From: an uncultured Planctomycetales bacterium
GTDB lineage: Bacteria; Omnitrophota; Gorgyraeia; Gygaellales; Profunditerraquicolaceae
Length of the DNA stretch: 64,000 nt
NCBI GenBank assembly: GCA_964467905.1
Contig: CAYXSY010000005.1
Coordinates: forward strand, 9,800-73,799
Direction: 5' to 3'
Of this stretch, positions 43,843 to 51,578 are shown one piece after another (the first letter of the stretch is position 1; each line of letters opens with the position of its first letter). The notes below the pieces were generated by a model. That model was not told the DNA's origin. It did no database searches and saw only the letters and a list, made by a program, of their open reading frames with translations. A program made the translations under genes and the position numbers.

Positions 43843-43982
43843 GTTAAATCCTAAATCCGAAATTCTAAACTCTAAACAAATCCAAAATTCCAAATTACAA
43901 ATTCCAAACTATAATGTTTGGAACATTGGAATTTAGGATTTAGAATTTGTTTAGGATTTCGATATTAGGATTTAGAGTTTAA
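43843..43982. repeat. ~135-nt imperfect palindrome made of degenerate AAAYYCY heptamer-like units (largest member of the TTTAGAGTTTA element family)
   Basis: The left arm (43846-43909) reads aaatcct aaatccg aaattct aaactct aaacaaatcc aaaattcc aaattac aaattcc aaac. The centre is tataat. The right arm (43916-43980) is its imperfect reverse complement. The element fills the whole gap between two genes. Confidence 0.8.
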
Positions 43983-43993
43983 GGGAGGTAAAT

Positions 43994-45190
43994 ATGTCTG
44001 TTGTTAAAGTATTACCCGGCATTTACTCAGTAGGCGTAGTGGATTGGAACGTACGTAATTTCCACGGGCATACCTATTCTACAAGCAGGGGGACCACCTA
44101 TAACGCTTACCTGATAGTAGACGAGAAAATAGCTTTGGTCGATACCGTCTTAGGCGCGTTTTCTCATGAGCTCATTGATAATATACGTAAGATTGTCCCG
44201 GTCGAGAAAATAGATTATGTTATTGCCAATCACGTAGAAACCGATCATTCTGGCGCGCTGCCTGCAATTATGAAGTTATGCCCTAAAGCTAAGGTAGTCG
44301 GTACTCAAAAATGCAAAGACGGCCTGTATAAACACTATTATGGTAATTGGGATTTTCAGGTAGTAAAGACAGGTGATCAAATAAAACTGGGCAGGCGTAC
44401 TTTGAATTTTATAGAAGCCCCGATGATACATTGGCCGGATAGCATGTTTACTTATTGCCCCCAAGAGCAGCTTTTGATGCCTAATGATGCTTTCGGGCAG
44501 CATTATGCCACAACCGAGCGTTTTGACGATGAGACTGACCATTGTGCGCTTATGGATGAAGCGGCAAAATATTATGCTAACATTTTATGGCCGCTGGGTT
44601 CGGTTATTTTGAGAAAGATAGAAGAAGTACAGAAGATGAATTTAGCGATTAAAATGATAGCGCCCAGTCACGGGATTATCTGGAGGAAAGACCCGGCCAA
44701 GCCTATAAATTCTTATTTATCCTGGGCTAAGAATACCACTTCACCAAAAGTGGTCATAGTCTATGAGACTATGTGGGGCTCAACAGAGAAGATGGCAAGG
44801 GCGATGCTGGATGGTATAACTGATAGCGGAGTTCAGGCAAAACTTTTTGATATCGCGGTATCTGACCGCACCGAGGTTATAAAAGAAATGCTGGATGCTA
44901 AGGGTTTTATATTCGGATCCTCTACTCATGACAATGATATGTTGCCTAATATTGCGTCTTTTCTTGAGCTTGTAAAGGGTTTGCACACCAAAAACAGGCT
45001 TTCTTGTGTTTTTGGTTCTTTTGGATGGGCAGGCGGTGCTGTGGGAGAGATTGAGGGGCTGCTTAAGGAAAGTGGCATAGAGGTAGCGCAGGCAGGATTG
45101 GGCATAAAGTATGTCCCCGATGTTAATGAACTTAAAAGTTGCTATGATTTCGGCAAGAGTTTTGCCGAAAGGATAAAAGGAGGTAAATGA
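43994..45190 (+). CDS. fprA: flavodiiron protein (FprA / rubredoxin:oxygen oxidoreductase type A)
   Basis: A metallo-beta-lactamase-like domain carries NHVETDHSGA. The C-terminal flavodoxin domain reads VVIVYETMWGSTEKMA. Confidence 0.9.
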   Translation: MSVVKVLPGIYSVGVVDWNVRNFHGHTYSTSRGTTYNAYLIVDEKIALVDTVLGAFSHELIDNIRKIVPVEKIDYVIANHVETDHSGALPAIMKLCPKAKVVGTQKCKDGLYKHYYGNWDFQVVKTGDQIKLGRRTLNFIEAPMIHWPDSMFTYCPQEQLLMPNDAFGQHYATTERFDDETDHCALMDEAAKYYANILWPLGSVILRKIEEVQKMNLAIKMIAPSHGIIWRKDPAKPINSYLSWAKNTTSPKVVIVYETMWGSTEKMARAMLDGITDSGVQAKLFDIAVSDRTEVIKEMLDAKGFIFGSSTHDNDMLPNIASFLELVKGLHTKNRLSCVFGSFGWAGGAVGEIEGLLKESGIEVAQAGLGIKYVPDVNELKSCYDFGKSFAERIKGGK

Positions 45191-45585
45191 TGGCAGAACT
45201 TAAAGATTTATTGCAAAGCGCAGACTGGAAAACCGAGAAGCATGTGCCTGTAATTGATGCCCCGGATGAGGCTAAGAAAGGCGAGTGGATCAAGGTCGCC
45301 TTGAGCGTAGGCAAAGAAATACCACATCCTAATACAACCGCACACCACATACGTTGGGTTGCATTACATTTTCTTGCTGATGGCGAGAAATTTCCATATG
45401 AGATAGCCAGAGTTGAATTTAGCTCACACGGTGAATCAACCCAGGGGCCTGATACTAGTACTGTTTTTACGCATCCTTTAGCCGCTGTAAATTTCAAAAC
45501 CGATAAACCGGGAACGATTTTTGCTGCCTCATATTGCAATATCCATGGGTTTTGGCAAAACAGTAAAAAAATATCTATAAAGTAA
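45187..45585 (+). CDS. sor: superoxide reductase, 1Fe neelaredoxin type
   Basis: The motifs EKHVPVI, HPNTTAHHIRW and the Cys/His ligand motif YCNIHGFW are present. There is no N-terminal desulforedoxin domain. Confidence 0.9.
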   Translation: MMAELKDLLQSADWKTEKHVPVIDAPDEAKKGEWIKVALSVGKEIPHPNTTAHHIRWVALHFLADGEKFPYEIARVEFSSHGESTQGPDTSTVFTHPLAAVNFKTDKPGTIFAASYCNIHGFWQNSKKISIK

Positions 45586-46043
45586 TGAACCTACCTAAAC
45601 AGGCAATAGATTTCTTTCGTAACCAGGGCTGTGTAATTGTTTCTACCTTGGATAAGAACGGTTACCCGCACAGCGCTTGTAAGGGGATTGTAAAGATTGA
45701 ACCCGAAGGGCGGGTTTATCTACTGGATATTTACAAAGCTGTAACCCACGCTAACTTAATCCGTAATGCATCTTTTAGCATTACCGCTGTTGATGAGCAT
45801 AAATTTAGCGGATACTGTTTAAAGGGCAAGGCTAGAATCATTAAAGCCGAAGAGTTAAGCCCGGATATTATCAAAGCTTGGGAGGACAGGGTTACTTCTA
45901 GGATAACCCAGAGGATGGTAAAGAATATATTGGATAAAAAGGGGCATCCTAAACACCCAGAAGCCCTTTTCCCTAAACCTAAATATATGATTGTTATGGA
46001 CGTGGAAGAGGCGGTGGATTTGACGCCACCTCATCTTAAGTAA
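45585..46043 (+). CDS. pyridoxamine 5'-phosphate oxidase-like FMN-binding split-barrel protein
   Basis: A 152-aa protein with the pattern FFRNQGCVIVSTLDKNGYPHSACKG...SFSITAVD, typical of the PNPOx-like family. It sits within the O2-stress cluster. Confidence 0.6.
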   Translation: MNLPKQAIDFFRNQGCVIVSTLDKNGYPHSACKGIVKIEPEGRVYLLDIYKAVTHANLIRNASFSITAVDEHKFSGYCLKGKARIIKAEELSPDIIKAWEDRVTSRITQRMVKNILDKKGHPKHPEALFPKPKYMIVMDVEEAVDLTPPHLK

Positions 46044-46051
46044 ATGAAGCC

Positions 46052-46078
46052 CGAACTTATTGAGCGAACATAAGTTCG
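46052..46078 (+). terminator. hairpin after the PNPOx-like gene (weak terminator candidate)
   Basis: cgaacttat (46052-46060) pairs with ataagttcg (46070-46078) across a 9-nt loop. No strong T-tract follows. Confidence 0.3.
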
Positions 46079-46151
46079 TTGGCTGAATTTACCTCGCTAT
46101 TTTGGGTTGATAATTTTTCTAAAATGACGGGTTTTATCAAAGGAGGTTTTT

Positions 46152-46628
46152 ATGGGTAATATATTTGCCGCAAGCGAGGTCGTGGAGTTAGGGGTGCAGA
46201 TTGAAAAGAACGGCCGTGATTTCTATAATACCTTGGTTACTCAGGCCTATGACCAGAGATCGAAAGACCTTTTTCAATATTTAGCTAAGGAAGAGGAAAA
46301 GCATATTGTAGTTTTTCAGAAAATTCTTGGTACACTTGATAAATACGAGCCTCCGCAGGTTTATGCAGATGATTATATGGCCTATATGAAGTCTTTGGCA
46401 GGAGAACATATTTTTACTCAAGCTAACAAGGGGGTAGAAATAGCCAAGAAAGTAAAAAGCGAGAGAGAGGCAGTGGATTTAGGCATAAAATTTGAGCAGG
46501 ATTCCATAGTTTTTTATGAGGGGATGAAGAAGGTGGTCCCGGAATTTGACCAAAAGGCAGTTAATGAGCTGATCGCGCAGGAAGAATTACATTTGAAAAA
46601 GCTACTTGAAATAAAGAGCGCTTTATAG
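46152..46628 (+). CDS. rubrerythrin-family ferritin-like diiron protein (no rubredoxin domain)
   Basis: Two E...ExxH pairs are present (EKNG...EEEKH and FEQDS...QEELH). An RBS (aaaggagg) precedes the start. Confidence 0.75.
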   Translation: MGNIFAASEVVELGVQIEKNGRDFYNTLVTQAYDQRSKDLFQYLAKEEEKHIVVFQKILGTLDKYEPPQVYADDYMAYMKSLAGEHIFTQANKGVEIAKKVKSEREAVDLGIKFEQDSIVFYEGMKKVVPEFDQKAVNELIAQEELHLKKLLEIKSAL

Positions 46629-46637
46629 GGAGGAACC

Positions 46638-46874
46638 ATGGCTAAAAGTGTTAAGGTTTATAGTACGCCGACTTGTCCGTATTGCATAAGAGTGAAACAA
46701 TTCCTCAATGATAATAATATAGCATTCGAAAATTATGATGTTTCAGCTGATCAGGCTAAAGCCGAAGAGATGATTCAAAAGACCGGCCAGATGGGCGTGC
46801 CGGTGATTGATATTGAGGGAGAGCTGATTGTAGGTTTTGATAAGGAAAAGATAAAGCAATCTTTAGGAATATAA
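46638..46874 (+). CDS. glutaredoxin-like protein (NrdH/YruB type)
   Basis: A 78-aa thioredoxin fold with CPYC and GVPVI motifs. It lies directly upstream of a thioredoxin-reductase-like gene. Confidence 0.85.
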   Translation: MAKSVKVYSTPTCPYCIRVKQFLNDNNIAFENYDVSADQAKAEEMIQKTGQMGVPVIDIEGELIVGFDKEKIKQSLGI

Positions 46875-46875
46875 A

Positions 46876-46952
46876 TTACATAATTAGTAATCGGTAATCA
46901 GTAAATAGTAATCCGTAATTCAAAACAAAAATTACCGATTACGAATTACGAA
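46876..46952. repeat. heptamer-built imperfect inverted repeat (AATNNGT units, then complementary ACNNATT units)
   Basis: The left arm reads aattagt aatcggt aatcagt aaatagt aatccgt aattc. The centre is aaaacaaaa. The right arm reads attaccg attacg aattacg aaaacg. The architecture matches the 43843 element but the unit sequence differs. Confidence 0.7.
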
Positions 46953-46957
46953 AACGT

Positions 46958-47863
46958 ATGTATGACCTTATTATAATTGGTGCTGGGCCGGCAGGGATTA
47001 CGGCAGCTGTGTATGCTGCGCGCAAGAAATTGAATATTCTTGTTATCAGCCGTGACATCGGCGGACAGGCTGCCTGGAGCGGTGATATTGAGAATTATAC
47101 CGGATATCAATTTATTACCGGTCTGGAGCTGGCAGCTAAGTTTGAAGAGCATATGCGTAAATACGGTATTGCCCTGAAGGAAAATGAAGCAGTTATAGAT
47201 TTAAGTAATAAACCCGAAGTACAAACAGTCAAAACGGATAAAGGTATTTATGAATCACGAGCGGTTATTGTCGCTTCAGGCAAGCGTTCGCGAGAGCTGG
47301 GGGTACCGGGTGAAAAAGAGTTTAAAAATAAAGGGCTTACTTATTGCGCTACTTGTGACGGGCCGTTGTTTTCGGGAAAGGATGTTGCGGTTATCGGCGG
47401 AGGAAATTCTGCTCTTGATGCCGCTTTGCAGCTTGTGCGTATAGCCAATAAGGTTTATATTATAAACATAGCCGCGCATTTGTCTGGCGATGAAATTATG
47501 CTTGAGAAACTCAATAGTAGTTCCAATGTTAAAATCTATAATGAATCTCAGGTGAGTGCAATCTTAGGTGATAAAATGGTTACAGGCCTTAAATTTAGGC
47601 ATGGTCAGAAAGAAGAGTTGCTTTCTGTAGCAGGGATTTTTGTCGAGGTAGGTCTTATGCCTAATTCTGAATTCGCGCGCATTATTGATAGAAACGAACG
47701 CCAGGAGATAAAGGTAAATTCCTACAATGAGACGAATATCCCGGGTATATTTGCCTCCGGAGATGTTACTGATGTACCGGAAAAACAAATAATCATCGCC
47801 GCCGGAGAAGGCTCAAAAGCCGCATTAAGCGCTTTCCGCTATCTATCTTCCCACAAATTTTAA
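46958..47863 (+). CDS. trxB: thioredoxin-disulfide reductase family flavoprotein
   Basis: The motifs IIIGAGPAGITAAVYAAR, the redox-active CATCDG, VIGGGNSALDAA and GIFASGDV are present. Confidence 0.9.
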   Translation: MYDLIIIGAGPAGITAAVYAARKKLNILVISRDIGGQAAWSGDIENYTGYQFITGLELAAKFEEHMRKYGIALKENEAVIDLSNKPEVQTVKTDKGIYESRAVIVASGKRSRELGVPGEKEFKNKGLTYCATCDGPLFSGKDVAVIGGGNSALDAALQLVRIANKVYIINIAAHLSGDEIMLEKLNSSSNVKIYNESQVSAILGDKMVTGLKFRHGQKEELLSVAGIFVEVGLMPNSEFARIIDRNERQEIKVNSYNETNIPGIFASGDVTDVPEKQIIIAAGEGSKAALSAFRYLSSHKF

Positions 47864-47884
47864 TAGCTCTCCAGTAATTTTTGG

Positions 47885-47912
47885 TTACAATCCGCGTAAC
47901 TTTATGTATAAT
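47885..47912 (+). promoter_or_regulatory. candidate promoter TTACAA-N16-TATAAT upstream of trpB2
   Basis: ttacaa lies at 47885-47890 and tataat at 47907-47912. An RBS (taggagg) precedes the ATG at 47983. Confidence 0.45.
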
Positions 47913-47982
47913 AGAGGAAATGTCAAATCTTTGTTAAAGATATCCCGTTCATATTGTTCTAAAGATTAGGAGGTAAGTAATT

Positions 47983-49341
47983 ATGTTAAAAGATGCTAAG
48001 ATTATGCTCGCCGAGAGAGACATTCCTAAGGAATGGTATAATGTTGTTGCTGATTTGCCTTTTAAGCTTTACCCTCCGATTAACCCGGCTACAGGCAAAC
48101 CTTTAAAGAAAGAAGATTTGATGCCGATTTTTCCCTCTAGTCTTATTGAACAGGAAATAAGCTCCCAGCGGTGGATTGGAATACCGAATCCGGTAAGGGA
48201 TATATACCGTCTCTGGCGTCCTACCCCTTTAAAGAGGGCAGAGAGGCTCGAGAAGCTTTTAAAAACCAAATGCAGGATTTATTACAAGGATGAGAGCGTT
48301 TCTCCTACAGGGTCTCATAAGACCAATACTGCCGTAGCCCAGGCCTATTATAATAAGAAAGAAGGTGTTAGGCGTCTGACTACAGAAACGGGGGCCGGAC
48401 AGTGGGGTATGGCTCTGAGTTTTGCTTGCAATGTTTTTTCGATGAAATGCCGTGTCTATATGGTTAAGGTGAGCTTTCATCAGAAACCTTTACGTAAAAT
48501 CCTGATGCGGATTTGGGGGTCTGAAGTTATAGCTTCTCCATCCGATATTACTGCTGCCGGCAGGGATATCTTAAAGAACGATCCGCATTGCCAGGGTAGC
48601 TTAGGCATCGCTATTTCTGAAGCAGTTGAAGATGCTGCGAAAAACAAAGATACGAAATATTCTTTGGGCAGCGTTTTAAACCATGTTCTTCTACATCAGA
48701 CCGTAATAGGACTGGAGACTAAAAAACAGCTTAAGCTTGCCGGAGAGAAACCGCATTATTTAATTGGTTGCGTCGGAGGAGGAAGCAATTTTGGCGGTTT
48801 TGCCTTCCCCTTTATCAAAGATAAGCTTAAAGATGATAAATTAAAAATTATTGGAGTCGAGCCGACTGCATGCCCGAGTTTAACCCGGGGTATATTTGAT
48901 TATGATTTCGGCGATACACAGTCACTTACGCCTCTGTTAAAGATGTTTACTCTAGGGCATAGATTTATGCCTGCAGGGATTCATGCCGGAGGCCTGCGTT
49001 ATCACGGCTGTTCCCCTTTGGTAAGCGCCTTGTGTAAGGAGGGGTTAGTAGATGCTAAGGCTTATCATCAGATAGAGGTGTTTAAGGCAGCGGTAATGTT
49101 TGCGAAGACTGAAGGGATAATCCCTGCCCCTGAAACATCCCATGCTATTAAGGCGGCGATTGATATTGCTACGAAAGAAAAGAAAGCAAAGTGTATTGTT
49201 TTGAATTTCAGCGGACACGGTTTTCTGGATTTATCCGCTTATGATAAATATTTGTCAGGAGAGCTTAAGAACTACGCACATCCAGCCCATGAGATAAAGA
49301 AAGCATTGAAAGACTTACCAAAAGTAGACTTTAAACTCTGA
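47983..49341 (+). CDS. trpB: tryptophan synthase beta chain type 2 (TrpB2), stand-alone
   Basis: A 452-aa protein with the PLP-Lys motif [11 protein letters not shown], the block [12 protein letters not shown] and the block GLRYHG. No other trp genes lie in the window. Confidence 0.85.
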   Translation: MLKDAKIMLAERDIPKEWYNVVADLPFKLYPPINPATGKPLKKEDLMPIFPSSLIEQEISSQRWIGIPNPVRDIYRLWRPTPLKRAERLEKLLKTKCRIYYKDESVSPTGSHKTNTAVAQAYYNKKEGVRRLTTETGAGQWGMALSFACNVFSMKCRVYMVKVSFHQKPLRKILMRIWGSEVIASPSDITAAGRDILKNDPHCQGSLGIAISEAVEDAAKNKDTKYSLGSVLNHVLLHQTVIGLETKKQLKLAGEKPHYLIGCVGGGSNFGGFAFPFIKDKLKDDKLKIIGVEPTACPSLTRGIFDYDFGDTQSLTPLLKMFTLGHRFMPAGIHAGGLRYHGCSPLVSALCKEGLVDAKAYHQIEVFKAAVMFAKTEGIIPAPETSHAIKAAIDIATKEKKAKCIVLNFSGHGFLDLSAYDKYLSGELKNYAHPAHEIKKALKDLPKVDFKL

Positions 49342-49353
49342 TTTATCCACAGA

Positions 49354-49379
49354 GTAGGGGAGGTTTAAACCTCCCCTAC
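49354..49379. terminator. perfect 26-nt palindrome, bidirectional terminator between convergent genes
   Basis: gtaggggaggttt pairs with aaacctcccctac (49354-49379). It lies between the trpB2 stop (49341) and the GDT1-family stop (49391). Confidence 0.7.
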
Positions 49380-49390
49380 ATTGTTAATAA

Positions 49391-49663
49391 CTAAAGTATT
49401 TTGAACAGCATCAAAGCGCCGATAACAATAAAGAGTACGGCTCCAGCATAACGTATGGCCTCCGGATTAATATATTTAGCCAGAATCGCCCCCAGAAAAA
49501 CAGATAGCAAGGTTACAATTGCGTAACCGGCTATTGAACCCAGGAAGACAGTTATGGGTTTACCGGATTTTGCAGCCATGCCTATCCCAACCAGCTGGGT
49601 TTTATCAGCCAGTTCCGCTAGAAATACAGCGCTTAAGGTAGCAAAAAAAACTTTTAAGTCCAT
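49391..49663 (-). CDS. GDT1/TMEM165 (UPF0016) family cation transporter, single-repeat half-size protein
   Basis: The signature ELADKTQL is present, with three hydrophobic helices. A GGAGG 5 nt upstream supports the ATG at 49663 over the track start at 49705. Confidence 0.7.
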   Translation of the reverse strand: MDLKVFFATLSAVFLAELADKTQLVGIGMAAKSGKPITVFLGSIAGYAIVTLLSVFLGAILAKYINPEAIRYAGAVLFIVIGALMLFKIL

Positions 49664-49686
49664 TTTATCCTCCATGGTTAAGATAT

Positions 49687-50109
49687 ATGAAGAAATATAA
49701 CACAAAATTCACGCAATTAAAGAATATTTTTCGCATACTGCACGGGAAGCGCGGCTGTATTTGGGATAAAGAGCAGACGCATAAGTCTCTAATTCCATAT
49801 TTGAAAGAAGAAGCAGACGAGCTAATTGAGGCAATAAACAATAATGACTTTCCGCACATGAAAGAGGAGCTCGGTGATTTACTTATCCAGGTGATGTTTC
49901 ATTCACAGATTGCCTCTAAAGAAGGACACTTCGACGTCGAAGATGTTATTGATTATTTGATAAAGAAGCTCAAGCGGAGGCATCCGCATGTATTCGGCAA
50001 GACTAAGGTGCGTTCAGCCAAAGAAATAATTGTTAATTGGGGCAAAATCAAACGTAAAGAAAGAAAAGGATTTTATGAGAGAAGAACGAAGAAGAATAAA
50101 AATAGGTAA
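49687..50109 (+). CDS. mazG: MazG family nucleoside triphosphate pyrophosphohydrolase
   Basis: The motifs GCIWDKEQTHKSLIPYLKEEADELIEAI, EELGDLLIQV and RRHPHVFG are present. Confidence 0.85.
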   Translation: MKKYNTKFTQLKNIFRILHGKRGCIWDKEQTHKSLIPYLKEEADELIEAINNNDFPHMKEELGDLLIQVMFHSQIASKEGHFDVEDVIDYLIKKLKRRHPHVFGKTKVRSAKEIIVNWGKIKRKERKGFYERRTKKNKNR

Positions 50110-50371
50110 AGGCCAATATATAGATGTTTATTTAATCTGCCTGCAGAGAAAGAACCTTATCCTATTGAAAGGCAGAAAAGGCTATATAATGTGTGGCTAT
50201 ATTAATTTAGCGGTTGCTGAAAAGTTTAAAGATGCGGCGATTAAAATAATCGGCGTCGCTAGTATTAAAGAAGCTTTGAAGACGAAAGTGCATTCTTGTA
50301 CGTCATTTGCCAGGCGCCTTGGGGTATATAAAGAGCAGCCCGTGGGAGAGGCCTTAGAAATAATCGCCTAG
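50075..50371 (+). CDS. YunC/DUF1805 family protein
   Basis: The pattern NLILLKGRKGYIMCGYINLAVAEKF...AAIKIIGVASIKEAL fits my recollection of DUF1805. The start is taken at MREERR. It overlaps the mazG 3' end. Confidence 0.55.
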   Translation: MREERRRIKIGKGQYIDVYLICLQRKNLILLKGRKGYIMCGYINLAVAEKFKDAAIKIIGVASIKEALKTKVHSCTSFARRLGVYKEQPVGEALEIIA

Positions 50372-50387
50372 CTATTTATAAAAACAA

Positions 50388-50416
50388 TTGACGCTTTTGA
50401 TATAGAGGTTTAAAAT
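50388..50416 (+). promoter_or_regulatory. sigma70-type promoter TTGACG-N17-TAAAAT driving the TPP riboswitch
   Basis: ttgacg lies at 50388-50393 and taaaat at 50411-50416. The riboswitch begins about 12 nt downstream. Confidence 0.6.
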
Positions 50417-50427
50417 ATCTACATAAA

Positions 50428-50522
50428 ATACGGGGAGGTCGTATATACGGCCTGAGAGTTTCGTTTGTTCCAAACGAATTACCCGAAGAACCTGATCTGG
50501 ATAATGCCAGCGGAGGGAGAGG
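50428..50522 (+). promoter_or_regulatory. TPP (THI-box) riboswitch aptamer
   Basis: It contains the conserved CUGAGA (50452-50457) and ACCUGAUCUGGAUAAUGCCAGCG (50490-50512), with a P3 hairpin tttcgtttg/caaacgaa. It lies upstream of a thi4 gene. Confidence 0.9.
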
Positions 50523-50534
50523 AGGTTGAATTAT

Positions 50535-50567
50535 AAGCTCTTATGCGCTAGGCATAAGAGCTTTTTG
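50535..50567 (+). terminator. intrinsic terminator forming the riboswitch expression platform
   Basis: A 12-bp stem pairs aagctcttatgc (50535-50546) with gcataagagctt (50552-50563), followed by ttttg. Confidence 0.8.
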
Positions 50568-50666
50568 CTGTAGTAGGCAGCACACCAGCGCATCATTTAG
50601 CGCCGGGTGTATATTGCTCTTATGGTTGTTATCCTCTTTGGGCAACATAACAACAGGAGGATAAAT

Positions 50667-51467
50667 ATGTTTAGTAGTATAAAAGAAGCGCAAATCAGCC
50701 GGGCGATTGTCGGTGAGTTTAGTAAATGGTTTGAGGATTATATCATTTGCGATGTGATTATTGTTGGCGGCGGGCCAAGCGGATTGATGGCAGCTAGAGA
50801 TTTGGCCAGCAGTGGATTAAAAACGCTGGTTATCGAAAGCAACAATTATATCGGAGGCGGTTTTTGGGTAGGGGGTTATTTTATGAATACCCTGACTTTT
50901 CGCTCTCCGGCAGAAGAGATCCTGGACGAGCTGAGTATCCCATATAGAGAATTAGAGAAAGGTCTTCTGGTTGCTGATGGGCCGAGTGCTTGCTCTAAGC
51001 TTATTTTTGAAGCTTGCCAAGCAGGGGTTAAAATATTAAATCTTACCAAATTTGACGATGTCATCTTGCGGAACAAGCGTGTGGAAGGAGCAGTTATCAA
51101 TTGGGCCGCAGTTTCTGCTTTGCCACGGCAAATTACCTGTGTTGACCCTATTGCTATTGAATCCAAGATAGTAATTGATGCTACTGGACATGACGCTTGG
51201 GTAGCCAGGAGCCTGGAGAAGAGGGGTTTGTTAAAGATACAACATTTTGGACCTATGGATGTTAATTCTTCAGAGGATGCAGTGGTAGAAATGACAGGAG
51301 AGATTTTCCCGGGATTGTTGGTTTGCGGAATGAGTGCAGCTACAGCTTATGGTTTGCCACGCATGGGCCCGACCTTCTCTGGCATGCTTTATTCAGGAAG
51401 AAAGGCAGCTAAAGTAGCAATGGGTATTCTTGAAAAGAAGTCCGAATTAATCGGCAGCCTATCTTAG
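50667..51467 (+). CDS. thi4: thiazole synthase Thi4 family, second divergent paralogue (riboswitch-controlled)
   Basis: The motifs DVIIVGGGPSGLMAARDL, GGGFWVGG, VIDATGHDAWV and LPRMGPTFSGMLYSG are present. A strong RBS (caggagg) serves the ATG at 50667. The track GTG at 50607 lies in the leader. Confidence 0.85.
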   Translation: MFSSIKEAQISRAIVGEFSKWFEDYIICDVIIVGGGPSGLMAARDLASSGLKTLVIESNNYIGGGFWVGGYFMNTLTFRSPAEEILDELSIPYRELEKGLLVADGPSACSKLIFEACQAGVKILNLTKFDDVILRNKRVEGAVINWAAVSALPRQITCVDPIAIESKIVIDATGHDAWVARSLEKRGLLKIQHFGPMDVNSSEDAVVEMTGEIFPGLLVCGMSAATAYGLPRMGPTFSGMLYSGRKAAKVAMGILEKKSELIGSLS

Positions 51468-51482
51468 GTAATCTGATTTTAG

Positions 51483-51524
51483 AACCTGTGTCTTGAGATA
51501 ACAGGTCTTGAGGCACAGGTTTTA
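51483..51524 (+). terminator. terminator candidate after thi4-2
   Basis: aacctgtg (51483-51490) pairs with cacaggtt (51514-51521), followed by tttaa. The loop contains a direct repeat of gtcttgag and an alternative inner stem. Confidence 0.45.
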
Positions 51525-51578
51525 ATAGACAAACTTGGTTAAAAAGTGATAAAATATAGTCTTTAAGGAGAAACAAAG

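Noticed and set aside
43843-43982. A CRISPR array as the explanation for the short tandem repeats
   Set aside because: The units are only ~7 nt and degenerate, with no 25-40-nt unique spacers. The array is mirrored into a palindrome, and no cas genes are present.
45132-45539. A 135-aa minus-strand ORF opposite the superoxide reductase gene
   Set aside because: The plus-strand SOR carries all metal ligands and is translationally coupled to fprA. The antisense ORF has no features of its own.
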